A stretch of DNA of 64,000 nt from Eledone cirrhosa (GCA_964016885.1 OZ024740.1:128898001-128962000); one strand, 5' to 3'; shown: positions 40,638 to 55,405, numbered from the stretch's first letter. The notes: generated by a model from the letters alone, not told the origin. Program-made: numbers and translations.

Positions 40638-41120
40638 TACTATTCGAACTACCCGCGCCTTGCTGCGCTTCACACATTTTTTTTTTGTAAGAAAATGGTG
40701 ATTTATTTTAAATCAGTGATATAATTTATGGAGAAAAACTCCGCATTTCAAAATTACTCAATGTACAATAATACATGAAACATTGGAAAACAGTATTTTT
40801 GTAATATATCAAATCAAAATTACATTATTAAATCTTATTGTTATTTTGTTTTTGTAAATAATGTTTTTCAAAATATCAATTCAAAGCTTTTGTGAATAGG
40901 CAATTCAAAACGTTTGTGAATAAGCGGGGGTTTGTTCCTCCGGGGAACCCTAATAGAGGGTGTAACCCACATGTCTTAATATTATTATCCAAGTACCCCG
41001 GGCAATGTAGTTTTAGAATATATAAGGGTATGGGGGTATATCTCCAAAACCATACGAGGAGTCCGTGATCAAAGAAAGAAACAGGCAGACAGGAGCTACA
41101 ACTTTATAAATATAGATTAT
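40638..41120 (+). mobile_element. Possible non-autonomous Helitron/Helentron-like element
   Basis: Starts tacta..tacccgcgccttgctgcg and ends acagg..ctttataaatatagat, termini resembling invertebrate Helitron-N elements. No coding remnant. Confidence 0.35.
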
Positions 41121-42386
41121 TGTTAGAAAACGAGTACTGAAAATACCTGTTTGACTAACTACTGAGAACAGTACCGTTATACATTTCCGGTACTTCCAGC
41201 CTTCCATAACCTTAACGAAAACCCTTGTTTTCAATTTCGATGCTTCAATCAGGTTGGCACACAAACATAGTCGAGAAATAAATACATTTTATATGTTATG
41301 TATAATTGATTCTGATGTTTTGTCTATTGGAAATAACACTCTTTGACGAATGAAACATATGTAAATCAAATAAATAATTTATTGATTGATAAGTATAGGT
41401 GATCTATTTTTGCGTTTTGTATACAATCTCTGATTTACAAATCTACGAAGACTGCAATTATACTAACTGGAGGTACGTCTGCACTACCTTCCGCTAACCT
41501 TGTTTATTGAAAATACCACATCTTAGCTTTAACATCGAATGCCTTATAGTTATATATATAGTGCTTGTGGTTAGTACAGCGTTTGTACCAAATCAAGCAC
41601 TCTATGAACATGCAGAGTGTACATAATAGAAAAAAAAACGAGGAAGTTTCATAGACATATACAAAATATATTTATTGTGTATCGACGTGTTACGCACGTT
41701 TCGTAGATGATTGGCTCAAGTTAACCCATAGGAATTATTAACCTGAATCCAGTAGTAATTGGCTCGTTGGATTGGTGATTTAATTTTGGAAGATCTTATC
41801 TTGTATGGTATACTTCCGTGTATTATATTGTTTTTTTTTTCTAGAGTTGACTCCAAAGAGTATTAACGTTTATTATTCTACCTGTTATTGATGTTTCTTT
41901 TTAAATCAGCTTTAATAGAAATATCGGCCAACGAAAACATATAATTAGGAATTATGATGCCGTCAGTACAGAAATAAACACAATTACACACAAACACAAA
42001 GGCACAAAAGCACACATAATGACACACACATATACAAAAAGGTATTAAGGTATTTATAACCTCTGAAATGCCCCATAATAGGTAATAAAATGGAGTCGCA
42101 AAATAAAAGCTTCTTCATCCATTATTATCTATCTATCTATCTATCTATTTATAAATCAATCTATCTACATCCCTTTCTATCTATCTATCTCTCTCTCTCC
42201 CTATATATATATATATATATATATATATGGGGCTGTAAGTGTGTGGGTGGGTGCGTGAAGAGTCTCTGTGTGTGTACACCTACATAAATGTATCTCTCTC
42301 TCTCCATATAGCTATCTCAATTCTATCTATCTAGCTATGTCTATATATATATCCATGTATAATCATTTTTTCATTAACACGAAAAG

Positions 42387-42474
42387 GGTCTGACGAGCCG
42401 CGGATTACAGAGTTGGACTGATTCGATACTGATCGAACCTTGATCTGATCGGTGGAAAACGCGCGTCAATAACC
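42387..42474 (+). ncRNA. Type I hammerhead with long branched stem II (family of 8281), partly decayed
   Basis: CTGACGA GCCGCGGAT..TTCGAT-ACTG-ATCGAA..ATCGGTG GAAAAC GCGC GTC, followed by AATAAA. Confidence 0.6.
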
Positions 42475-42573
42475 AATAAACGTAATGAAGGAGTAACCAC
42501 TCGTCCTTGTTTTATTTTATTATATATTTATATATATAAGTACATATATATCTGTGTGTGCTTGTGTGTGTGT

Positions 42574-42649
<76 letters not shown>

Positions 42650-43000
42650 GTCTATGTATATTCATTGAAGTTGGTAGTTCACCACTGGATAGAACTGGTT
42701 TGGGGTGGTCAGTCTAATTAACTGTATGTAGGCCACCACTAAGTCAAATACCTCCAATTTTAATTTTTTTAATTTTTTGTCTCCGTGTACCCAGCTTGTG
42801 TTTACCATGGTCCCGTTGCGGCTATTATACAATGCAACTGATGATGTCGCTTGAATTCTACTGGCCATTGAAATATATATAGTATCTGCTAAAATAGAAA
42901 GTTTCAAGGAATTTCAACTTTCCAGCCTTCTGTCATTTTATTCAATAATTATACATATATATAATTGCTCTTGAATTCATCTTATGTATATGATATGATA

Positions 43001-43105
<105 letters not shown>

Positions 43106-44524
43106 TTGTAGTAGGTGAATGCAAATATTCTGGTCATTTCAATTATGTTCTCATTTGTGATTTATATGAATTGCGTTTGATTATGTGTTATATTCGTTGG
43201 TTGATTAATGATATTATATAACAAACAATGTAGTCAAATAAACAATAATTAAATAGATAAATCGCTGTATAATTAGAAATAAGTCTACATGGAATATTTC
43301 ACAGAATACTAAGAGTTGAGCAAATATATTTTCAATCAGATGCAAGATGTGGACATTATCCCGGACACATTATCTCTGACATAAATATGTCCAGCTACTC
43401 AGGGAATTTTGCAGAGAATGTTCTATTCCATTTCTTCATATCATCCTCATATTCCTTGTCGGTTATCACTGATAGACATACCTATAATTTTCATACAACA
43501 TATGTTGTTCACTATGATATAAACACTCCGGTTCCCACATTGAACATTCAACTCCTGGACAGTAGTATCTACTTTATGCATCTTTTTCACAGCATATTGT
43601 ATTATTTGGAGAAATTTGGCTTCTATCTCAAGCAGTAAATTATCTAAGTTAAGTTTCATTGTTATATCCTAAAACGTTTTTTTTTTTTTGCTTGATTTTG
43701 AATGCACCGTAGATGAACAGTTGACAGTAAAAAAAATACTTGGTTTTATCCAGTACACACTTCACTGCTTTAAATGATTTCCTCCTTTTTTATCACTGAA
43801 GAATGAATTATATGTGAATCTGACAAAATTGATACTTGTTGTTCGTACCTGAATCTGTATATCATATGTATATGCCTGTATGAATGAGCATGTATGCATT
43901 TGCGTCTGTATGTGATTGCGTGAAATGCTTCTTTTTGGAGAGAATGATATGATTTATCGACTTACTCTAATGAAAATTGCAAAATTTTAAATGGAAATCA
44001 AATTACATAGTCAGAGATGGCATATAAATTGACATATTCCTATAATAGCTGCTTTATAGAAAAGTTAAATTATTTTAGATATATTGCATTGGAAGATATT
44101 TTATAATTGTTCGAAATGAAATCAACTACTTGATACTCTGATTGTTATTTAACCCAGGCCGACACTGATGGAGAACACCTATGATCAAAAAGCATTTATA
44201 CATTGGTGATTACAATTTCTTGTATCTAAGGTTCTACATTTTCCCGATGCATAATAGTTTTTAAATTAAGTGTACCAGGCCTGTTTTTAGAGGATCAATC
44301 TATAATTATTGACTTGTCATCAGATGTATCTTCGACATGAACAATTATTCTTATGAACTGCTGTCTAAATCAACTTACGAGAGAAATCTTGAAGCAATCT
44401 ATACAATACATGCGTATTTAACGACAAATATAATTAAAAATAAGGCATTGGGGTAAATATATAAATGTACAAATCAATAATAATTAATAATATATTTCGT
44501 TTATTCGGGGAATACAAGTTATAG

Positions 44525-44790
44525 ATTAGACAGGTTTCAGTGTTGGTACAGCTTCATCAGCGATGCGGAGATTTACCGTATCGTAGTTAGAATCAACATG
44601 GTAATCTACAATAATGTAGTCAGGTTAGCGATATGGCTCATTGTTTCTTTACGCTTTCAATTCGAATTACCCTCCCGTATTTTAATGACTTTCATTTCTT
44701 CTGTGTCGATAACACACTACCAAATCATATGCCAGGACCGAAACAATGCTTTAGAGACTCTCACTGGCAAATGCATGAACATCTTCCAAT
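44525..44790 (-). mobile_element. Old PLE 3' remnant: GIY-YIG C-terminus plus hammerhead (44525-44564)
   Basis: VIDTEEMKVIKIREG peptide, then ATCG CTGATGA AGCTGT-ACCA-ACACT GAAAC CT GTC TAAT, then AATAAA. Confidence 0.5.
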
Positions 44791-45040
44791 TGGAAAAAAT
44801 CTCATTATCAATGACATCATAATTATCGATAGTACGACGGCAGCATAATTATCATTATAATGCTAATCATTTTCCAACGCATCATCACAAATCAAAAAAA
44901 TCGTCTTCATTATTATCACAATTAACATTATCTACATTACCATTATTATAATTATCAATATTATCATGGTATTGTACATGCAGCAGCACATGTGTTATTA
45001 TTATTATTATGGTTATTGTTCTTATTGTAGTTTTTTAAAT

Positions 45041-45060
45041 TATTATTATTATTATTATTA

Positions 45061-45091
<31 letters not shown>

Positions 45092-45092
45092 C

Positions 45093-45136
<44 letters not shown>

Positions 45137-45195
45137 TATTATTATTATTATAATAATAATAATAATAATAATAATAATTATTATTATTATTATTA
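45041..45195. repeat. Alternating (TTA)n/(AAT)n microsatellite
   Basis: Direct reading. Confidence 0.95.
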
Positions 45196-45460
45196 AGCGC
45201 TGTTGTTGTTGATATTGTTGTCGATGTAGTATTTGCAGTCATTAAAAATTGCATTTCTTTAATCATGGGTAATTTTATATTATTTATTATCGTGTACATT
45301 AAATTCTATTCTCAAACCAATTTAGTTTGATGTTTACATAAAACACGGACGTTAATGAATAGAAATAAATAAATTTAATGAAAGACACAAAGAAAAACAA
45401 AGAAAAATATTACAAAACGAGGTTTTATTTCCCCACGCACACAGACACACATACAAATGT

Positions 45461-45547
<87 letters not shown>

Positions 45548-45655
45548 CACACACACCCACATATATGTGTGCGAGTGTACATATATGCAGACGCATACAT
45601 AAGTTTATAGAGAAATGTATGGAAATGCGTACATACACGCATACATTCATACATA

Positions 45656-45727
<72 letters not shown>

Positions 45728-45744
45728 CACATATATATTTATAA

Positions 45745-45801
<57 letters not shown>

Positions 45802-47222
45802 AGCTGTGTGTGCTTGCGGTTGCGTAAATGTATATCTGTTTGTTCATGTGTAAGTTGGTGTATGTATTGTCCTTTTACTCATCTGCATAAAAATCTAATT
45901 TTGAAAGCAATAGATTCGTAATGTTTGAGTATCCAACCCATTTTAGATAATTTACTGCACAATCATGATTAAAATCTTTAATGGCTGCCAGTTGTAAATA
46001 TACCGCTCTTTACGTTGTTTGATAGCAAAACTTCATAACAGATTCAAAGTAAATGAGAATTAGTTGCATTTCATTCGAAAACAATGCTTTATTTAAGAAA
46101 ATCTAAATATGTATGATTTGCTATTGTTAACGTCTTCCAATTTCATGTGGTGAAGACGGAAGAACGAACACTAAGATATGTACACAAATGATGGCAAAAA
46201 AGTTTACATTGACGAAGCTTGAAAAATAAAGGAATTAATAAAAAGAAGAATAGTACAAAGATAAAATAGAGAAGCTGAAAAAAGAAATACATGAACGGCT
46301 AAAGAGAAAAAAAAAATGTAAAGATAAAGACGTAGGGGATAACAAAAAAGAAAACAAAACGAATGGCAAAAATATAAGTGAACAATAAGAAAATGTACAA
46401 GATTCAGAGAACTAGTGATAATAAAGAAATAATCAATAGAGAAAAAAATAAAGAAAAGTTTTACCATTATTGAAAGTAATGACAATGATAATGTGTATAT
46501 CACAGTATATGATGACGATAATGATAGCGTCCTTGTTGATTTAGTCAACAACGCCGCTGGTGCCTCCCCTTCCGGTGAGGAAGCAGGTGAGAATGATGGT
46601 TATTATGCCAATGATTATTTATAACATCTTTGTCTTGATTTTTTGATAATGATGATGAGGATGACGATGGTGAAGATGATCATGTTGATGACTATAATAA
46701 GGATAATTTTCGACTGATAATTATATTTAATGTTGAGTAGCAAAAGTCCTACCAATAGATGAATAAGAACAATTAGAAAGGCATACAAAAGGCAAAGTGA
46801 CTAAATGACTGCAGCATCAGTATACCTGGAGACTTCACTATCAAATAACCTTGTAGATAGAAAATACATTTTTGAAACAAAAGAAGATTAGTTAGAACAT
46901 TATCTTGAGAGAAATAATTAAGAAAATTACAGGGTAGATAAATTCTAGTCAAGGAACCGGAGATGACGTAGATAAAGTGACAAATTAAGCAGGTTATGTG
47001 AAATTTTTTAACTAATGATGATGAATCTGTATCCAAAATACAACGGTGTAGATGCGCATTGATAACACTGATACAGAAGTAATATGGAAGATAATACGAG
47101 ATATAAATTCATTTATGCATTTATGCTTTAATGATTTCAATCGGTGGCCATGTTGATGCACTGTCCGAAAAGAATGTTTTTCGAAACTAGTATTTTTAAT
47201 CGAACGGCAATATAAGCCTAAA

Positions 47223-47420
<198 letters not shown>

Positions 47421-47479
47421 GCCCACACACACATACACTCCCCCAGACATACACATATATATATATATATAATAATAAT

Positions 47480-49345
47480 AAAGGATTGAAGAATAACATG
47501 AAACGTCTGTGTAATAATGGCCATGAACAATAGTGAACTCACTAGATCTCAGGTAGATATAATCCTAGCGGCCAGGAAAACAATAATTAAATTTGAAGAC
47601 CATTTATGGACCCGCAAAAATACACCCAACAACTTCGATATCACCATGGGATCTAGTGACTCGGCACAGGTAACTGACTTAGTCGGCCTATTTCGCTTAA
47701 ACGAAATACACAAAACCTACCTTACCTCAACGGTGGTCTCTATCGAGACGACGCACTCTTCCTCTTAGATTATAAAAAGTTCAATATAGAAAGAACTAGG
47801 AAACAGTTACATAACATATTTAAAAATTATAACTTAGGTATCACTTTAGATAAAAACACCAAAGATTTTAACTTCCTGGACGTCACTCTCTACTTAGACT
47901 CTAAAAAATACTCACCTTACCATAAACCTAATGAAAAACCTTTCTATGTTAATACCAACTCTAACCACCCTAAATATGTACTGACCTCAATCATTAAAGG
48001 GGTATCCAATAGAATCTCTAGCCTTTCTTACAACGAGAATACATTTAATCGTAACTCCCAATACTATAATGAAGCATTAGCCCGTTCCGGCCATAGGGAT
48101 AAAATTGAATGTAATCTTAGATCTTCAACCAGCCATAGAAAACCTAATATAATTTCACACACCATGGCCATGAATAAAAGTAAATATGATCGTTGTACTG
48201 GAAATCCAGACTCCTGTACAAAGGGCGCCATAAATAAAGTTAAATCACACCACAACAATAAACCTAAGAAACACCACAGAAAGAAAATTATAGATATGAA
48301 GGAACCTAACACTACACTAAACAGTAGTATGAATAACAACCATAGGAAGAATAGAAGAAGAAGTAGCACATTTTTTAGCACTCCGTTCAATTTAAATGTA
48401 TCAACAAACAAACCTAAAGCTTTCTTCTCTACTCTAGACAAAACATTTCCCAACTAACCATAAATACCACAACCTATTTAACAAAAGCACAATTAAAATA
48501 TCCTACTCCACCAAACCTAACATAGCAGATCATATAGCCAGCACCAACAAGAGAAAGATTGAAAAGTACTTCAAACTACACCAAAGTAATAATATCCAGC
48601 ATAGAAATAACCTGAACAACACCACAGTAAAATACCATACAAGTCATACTAATAATACAAATAGTAATAACACTCCCCATAATCATAACACGAGAAGTAG
48701 AAACAGAAACAACCACTCAAATGCACAAACCTTTAACCAGTATACTAGTAAACAAAATAATTGTAGGAGGATTTACATTTAGCAATCAACCAACAAATCT
48801 GATGACTATAAACGATTTAAAATAATCCCATGGTTAATAGCTGTGAGTAACAAACTACACATGCACAAAAATACGAACTACAACACAAAAACACTTAAAT
48901 GAAAATCACATACCCAACTCTATCTAGTGCTTTACATTACAGCTTACATAAAAATACCTACATTATCACCACACGCCTCTCTAATAAATTGCACATTATC
49001 TTAAATGTTTATAACAAATATAACATGATTTGAAACACCACACACAATATGTTTATTTCAACTGCATTATAACTCTTTCCTCATACATGCATTATTGACT
49101 GTATTGACTCCTGCATTGTACACCAATTGTCCTTGCTTATAACTTCTTTCTCTGTCTTTTTGCTTGTCATTTTTTTTGCTTGTGATTTTGCTTTTACTTA
49201 TACCTATTACACTTCCAACTAGGGCTGCCTGTAATTGTGTCATTTCAAGCGGAACATCTTGTTATGCTCCGATGATTCCAGACTTCCCTCTGGAAGAAAC
49301 AATTGTCAGCTGATAAATGTTCTAAACTAATATTTGATCGCTTTA
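47480..49345 (+). mobile_element. Decayed 5'-truncated Penelope-like element with 3' hammerhead
   Basis: FDITMGSSDSAQVTDLVGL, GLYRDDAL, NFLDVTL, PYHKPNE..YVNTNSNHP, YNEALARSG, PFNLNVST, LFNKSTIKISYS. Confidence 0.85.
49266..49310 (+). ncRNA. Minimal PLE hammerhead (U4C substitution)
   Basis: GCT CCGATGA TTCCAGA-CTTCCC-TCTGGAA GAAAC AATT GTC AGC. Confidence 0.75.
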
Positions 49346-49580
49346 ACACTTTGTATATATATATATATAATTGGAAATCAGTAGAATCGAATCTCTGGCG
49401 GTTTGCAAGTAAATTCGGCCTACTTATATGAAATATATATATATATATATGCAAAAGTTTTATTTAAAATTGTTGGGTTACAACGAGTAAATATTTTATA
49501 ACTGATATAAAGCACTCAACAAGATTTGGAGTAGACATACGATATTAAACAAATGGAAACTATATTTATAAAACCATATT

Positions 49581-49646
49581 TATTTCATTATACATATTTC
49601 AGGGATACCATATTAAAAATATGGCATGCCTTCTTCAGATAAAATA
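49581..49646 (-). ncRNA. Type I hammerhead ribozyme (mirror copy)
   Basis: Reverse complement of 49815-49880. Confidence 0.8.
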
Positions 49647-49814
49647 CAATATATAAGCAGTTTTATAAATAAATTTGACGTACCATAAAATATTGATCAA
49701 CTTCCATTTAAAAAAGTTGGTTTGGAAGTAGACTGCCAAACCAACTTTTTTAAATGGAAGTTGATCAATATTTTATGGTACGTCAAATTTATTTATAAAA
49801 CTGCTTATATATTG

Positions 49815-49880
49815 TATTTTATCTGAAGAAGGCATGCCATATTTTTAATATGGTATCCCTGAAATATGTATAATGAAATA
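49815..49880 (+). ncRNA. Type I hammerhead ribozyme
   Basis: TATTTTAT CTGAAGA AGG-C-ATGCCATATT-TTT-AATATGGTAT-C-CCT GAAAT ATGT ATA ATGAAATA. 8-bp stem I, 13-bp stem II, AUA triplet. Confidence 0.8.
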
Positions 49881-49920
49881 AATATGGTTTTATAAATATA
49901 GTTTCCATTTGTTTAATATC

Positions 49921-49999
<79 letters not shown>

Positions 50000-50084
50000 A
50001 AAGATAAACAGAAATAACCACACACTCGGTACAGTATATGGAAGGGATATATTAGGTTACCGCTTGATATAGCAGGAAGAAGGT

Positions 50085-50118
50085 CTTAACATTTCGGGCG
50101 TTAGTCCTCCATCAGAAG
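50085..50118 (-). ncRNA. Degenerate minimal hammerhead (family of 38772)
   Basis: Minus strand: CTT CTGATGG AGGAC-TAAC-GCCC GAAAT GTT AAG. Confidence 0.5.
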
Positions 50119-50479
50119 AAAGAATGAGAAATACGATAGATTGAAGAGACGGGCGGGCTTGAGTTTGAAAACATGTATTTAAAAAAAAAATAGCTCCATT
50201 GATGTTGACATCTCTTGCTGTCTGTATGTCAGTGTCTCTATGCGTGCACAGCGTGATTCGGCTGTTTCTGACTATCTAATTTCATTCGAGGCTATAGTCG
50301 AATCCAGACATACAAAGTACTTGACGTCGTTACGATGAGAATTCCTTTAAACCACACAGTCGCTCTAAGCTGGTATGATAAGAATTGAGGCAAGGGAAGA
50401 CGGTCTTGGGATATTATACGTCAGATGCGAAGTTCCCGCTCGCCAATTCTGCTTAGTATTCCACTGACACATGCATCTC

Positions 50480-52650
50480 GTTTCATTAAAACTGGAAATC
50501 ACCGTGCTTGTAGAATTTCGGGCTTAAACATTTGGATGTGCTCCATGAAGACTTGGCTGCCCAAGTCTCTAGTATTTTAGCACACCCAAGAGACGTCCCA
50601 AAGTATATGGCAATTTGCGTAACATATCTTCTACCGAAGAATGAATGCACAAAAGATCAAAAGAAACCAGACCAATTACATGCCGCCCAACGATGTAAAA
50701 AGCCCTTGCATCAGTGATTACAAACTATTTTGAACAAAAAGGCGGCAAAGAAGAGAGTGATGGGCACAAGGCTCAGCTACTGATAAATAAACTCATAACG
50801 GAAAACTGTAAACGGACAAAGAAAAACCTGTCAATGAGCTGGATATACTACAAGAAGGCATTCAACTGCGTAACACATTCATTGATCATAAAAACACTAG
50901 ATATGTATCACAACCCATGTGAGATAACCACCCTCCTGAAGGCAATCATGACAAATTGGAAATCTATGATGGTCCTTCAGCACCACATCGGACCACTGGA
51001 ATCTAAGCAGATCAAGCGTGGAATATTCCAAGGTGACTCATTGTTCACCTTGCTGTTCTGTATATCATTTCATCTGCTAAATCAGTTCCTGTGGAGAACA
51101 GGCTATGTAGATAACACACACAACAGTCACATTTCTTATATGGATGATATCAAGCTATTTGGAAACAATGATGGATGGCTGGAAGGTTTACTGCATATAA
51201 TTCAGTGATGACATCTATGTGGAATTTGGGCAGCAAAGATGTAAAATGGCCGTATTCAAGAAAGGTTTGCTATCTACATATACAGGTATTGCCAGAGACC
51301 CACTATCCACAATAAAGCAACATTATAACGAATAGTCCTGCCAATAAGTTGGAGTTAATGTAGTAGATATAATCCAGCATGCAATTATGAAGGAAAACAT
51401 ACGAAAGAAATACATAAGGAGAGTGAGCCTGGTAATACAAATTGAGGTAAACTTCTGAAACAAGTTCAAAACCATTAATAATCTAGCAGTACCAGGTTAA
51501 CATACAGCTTTAACATCAGAAACTAGAACTTGCAAGAACTACAAAGGATGGACACTAAGACCAGAAAACTATTGAAAACGGAAAAAATGTGCCACCCTAA
51601 GGACAATGTGTATAGGCTTTAGATCCCAAGGGGAGAAGGTGTACGGCGGCTCCATCAACTGGAGGCTGCACATAAAACAGCAAACATTGGTTATTTCCAC
51701 CACACCCGAGATGAACTCCTGAAGCATGTACTCAAGCATGAACAAAATATATCCATAGCAAATCAACAACAGAGTGGTACACAGCTAGTAGGATTCTGAA
51801 TATCAAAGCAAATTAACTCCCCAAAACAGCAAATGAACCGTGAATGGAAGGCAAGCCAATACATGGTAGATTCGCATAATCACTTTCTGACAATGATATC
51901 GATCAGTGTGGCTCACTATCCTGTTTCAGAAGTGTTGGTTTGAACCAGAGGCTAGATCAATGTTTAAATACTCGGGCCTATAGACACAGAATGGTTCAGA
52001 TGAGACTAGCCCTCTCTGCAGAATATGCTACAAATTTGATGAAACGGCAGATCAGGCTACCTCCACGTGCTCAGAGATGGAAAAAACTGATTTTATAGAC
52101 AGAGACTACCCTATTGCCAAATATGTTCACTGGATGTTTTGCCGCTTTCATGAAATCCAAACTTCTCACAAATAATACGAACATGAACGAAAAACAGTCA
52201 TGGAAAATGGCAACATATCCATCTTGTATGAAAGGTCTGTGATAACTGACTGAGAAATTGCTGCCGACAGACCAGATATCGCCATACACAACAAAACAGA
52301 TCGGACATATAGCTTTATAGATATCTCCGCACCAGCTGACAAGAATACATCTGTAGAAACAATGGCAAAACAGGCAAAGTAGAAACACTGGAAATAGAGA
52401 TCAACCGCATGTGGAGGATGACAACAAACACTATCCCTGTGCTAATAGGATGTTTAGGATTAATACCCAAATCATCAGTCCTGCATCTTAGAATCGCGTC
52501 CTTCCCTGCATGATCAGCAATTATGAGCGACTGATGATCGGGCTACAAGGAATGGCACACATTCTAAGACGATTTCTCTCTCTAAAATGAAAACATCTAT
52601 TGCCCTATATCCAAGACCTGAACTCAGCAATTTGAGAGGAAGCGAAATTT
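50480..52650 (+). mobile_element. Decayed R4/Dong-type non-LTR element
   Basis: EQKGG, SWIYYKKAFNCVTHS, RGIFQGDSL, SYMDDIKLF, and downstream CRICYKFDET and DRPDI remnants. Confidence 0.85.
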
Positions 52651-53373
52651 CGAATAAATCGGTACTTAATTAGATAGTTTTTGTAAAGACGTATTATAAA
52701 TCTAACTTCAGCTGGATTTGTAACGGCCACAATTGTTTAATATTTAGGCAAACACAAGCAATCTTTAGGTAAGTAATGTTATTGGGTATAGTATTTGACC
52801 GGAAAATAGTACGGCAGTTATTCAACAATCACTAGAAAAAACAGGTTACATTTCCTTCGGTTCCTAATAGGTGCTCCAAAGATTATTTGGTTGTAAATAT
52901 TAGATAAAAAAGGAATAAATCCATGGATGAATTAATATTATAGTACAAGTAAGAATAGACTCATCTCGAAATGCACATTACGCCAGCATTCTGCGTCAAA
53001 AGGAATAAGAGTTGGGATAAAGATTGCATTCATTTCATCCATTCGAGGTCGATAATAATGTACCCGTCTAGCACTGAGTTCAATTCATTCTCTATATCTC
53101 TTTCTCAATTACATTATCTCGTGCTGTCTGTACTTCACTGTGAGAAATCTGTTGTAATCATACTTGGAGAAGGAATGGGCTCTGGAAGTTTAGAAAGGCC
53201 CTCAGAAAAGCTGTATATTGTGAGTAACATTTCCATGCCATAAAATGAATATACAAAAGAAAGTTGATCGGAGCATGATCACGCAGATGCATTCTTTTAT
53301 AAAATACAAATAAAACTGCCTATACTACCGTATTAAAGTAGCTGTCATTATAGAAGACTATTAATTTCTAAAC

Positions 53374-53482
53374 AAATCCCGCCGAGATTGACTTTGCCTT
53401 TCATCCTTACAGGGTCGATAAAATAAAGTACCAGTAATGCACTGGGTAATTTGCTGGCCTTGTGCCTAAAGTAGAAACAATT
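53374..53482 (+). mobile_element. SINE copy (short subfamily)
   Basis: SINE body flanked by a duplicated ttaatttctaaac (TSD-like). Confidence 0.85.
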
Positions 53483-54239
53483 AATTTCTAAACGCAATGA
53501 GAAAGCTTATACATATTGCAAAATCAAACGTAATGGCAATAATGCATGGAGTGCAACCAAACAATCTTGATTACCATAGGTGCTCTGTGAACTACTACAA
53601 AATAAGCAGCAAAATCAGCGGCTCTTTTCAAATATAAAACGAATGTATGTATGTATATATATATAGATATATATATATATAAGAGAGTATTGAAGTTTGC
53701 TTGAAGCATTGTGGAATAATAAGATTTATTTTCTTTAGGTCGTTTTGGAAGCCTCAACAATGCAGATGGGTAATTGTATGGGTAACAAGGTGGTGAAGAG
53801 AAAGATGTATGTGAGTGTAGAAAGAGATGTATAGTGTGTAGAATAACGTGGGAAAGAATATATATATGTATATAAACAGGGGAAAAGCAGGACTATATAT
53901 TGCGCTTGACTTATATTGTATAAGGGAGTTAAAATACTATAGAATATACAAAACCAAAACAAAACAAACTGTACCTGAGCCCGGGTGAATTGTTTCTTAC
54001 AATAGGGTGTGTACAAACATTACATAAAACAAACGATAATTAAAATTAGAAATAAGAGTCTAACACTCGCAAAATCCAATATTTCTTTCTTGTTGGGATG
54101 GGTGATATCATTGATTAATTTGTTTGAGCCTTAAATTCCTTGCGTAGACCATGGTAGAATTTGAACTTAGAACGTAAAAAAGCCTCATACCTCTAGCCAT
54201 ATATATCGTACACACACAAACAAACACACTCGCATATAT

Positions 54240-54277
<38 letters not shown>

Positions 54278-54293
54278 TCGTTTCATAACGTTT

Positions 54294-54360
<67 letters not shown>

Positions 54361-54368
54361 GTTATATA

Positions 54369-54418
<50 letters not shown>

Positions 54419-54421
54419 CGT

Positions 54422-54481
<60 letters not shown>

Positions 54482-54666
54482 ACCGTTATTCCCCGTCGTT
54501 GAATATGTTTTTTATTTGTTCAATATTCTCAAATGAGAACTCACAGTACCGATACTTGTAGTGCATCCTTCAAAATGTAAATATATATCTGTATATTTAG
54601 GATTGAGCAACTTATTTCCTCCTTCCTTTTTCACAAATGTCTTTCTCTGTACCAGACTGTCTCTCA

Positions 54667-54814
<148 letters not shown>

Positions 54815-55357
54815 TACAACTGATAATATTCATTTCACGTACACGAAGCCAAAGGGGTTATTTCCGATGTGAATATATATTAATTGAAAGAATTTATACC
54901 AAATATATATAACAAAGAATTTAGAAAATGAAAGAAGAGACGGGTTGTAAAACAATCGCTATACACTGTAAAACAGAATAAAATGTGTGCATTTAAAAAA
55001 AGAAAACCTAGAAAAATAACCTTTTCTTATATATGAAATTTCTTGATTGTTTCTTTTTAAACATATTTGCTTTTACACTATTTTCTATGCATATACATAT
55101 GGTCTTACCATATCTTACTGTTTGTTTTATATGTTTTTTTTACACTGCTGCCAAGATATGCAGATGTACTACTTCGTCTGTTTAACGTTTATTTGATTTT
55201 TTTTATTTATATAATTTCTTACCATATCACAATAGTTGCTAATTTGTTTTCTTAAATTTAAATGTATATAAAAAAATTCCCGTGTATCTGAATCTTCAGA
55301 AATGTATGTAGTTCAGTATATGTATGCCTGTTAAAGTAAGAACCTGTGCGTATTTAC

Positions 55358-55405
<48 letters not shown>

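Larger units (their letters stand above)
49537..49924. repeat. Perfect 189-bp inverted repeat (49537-49725 / 49736-49924)
   Basis: No mismatch found by eye. The spacer is 10 nt, and a (TA)n tract follows. Confidence 0.95.
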
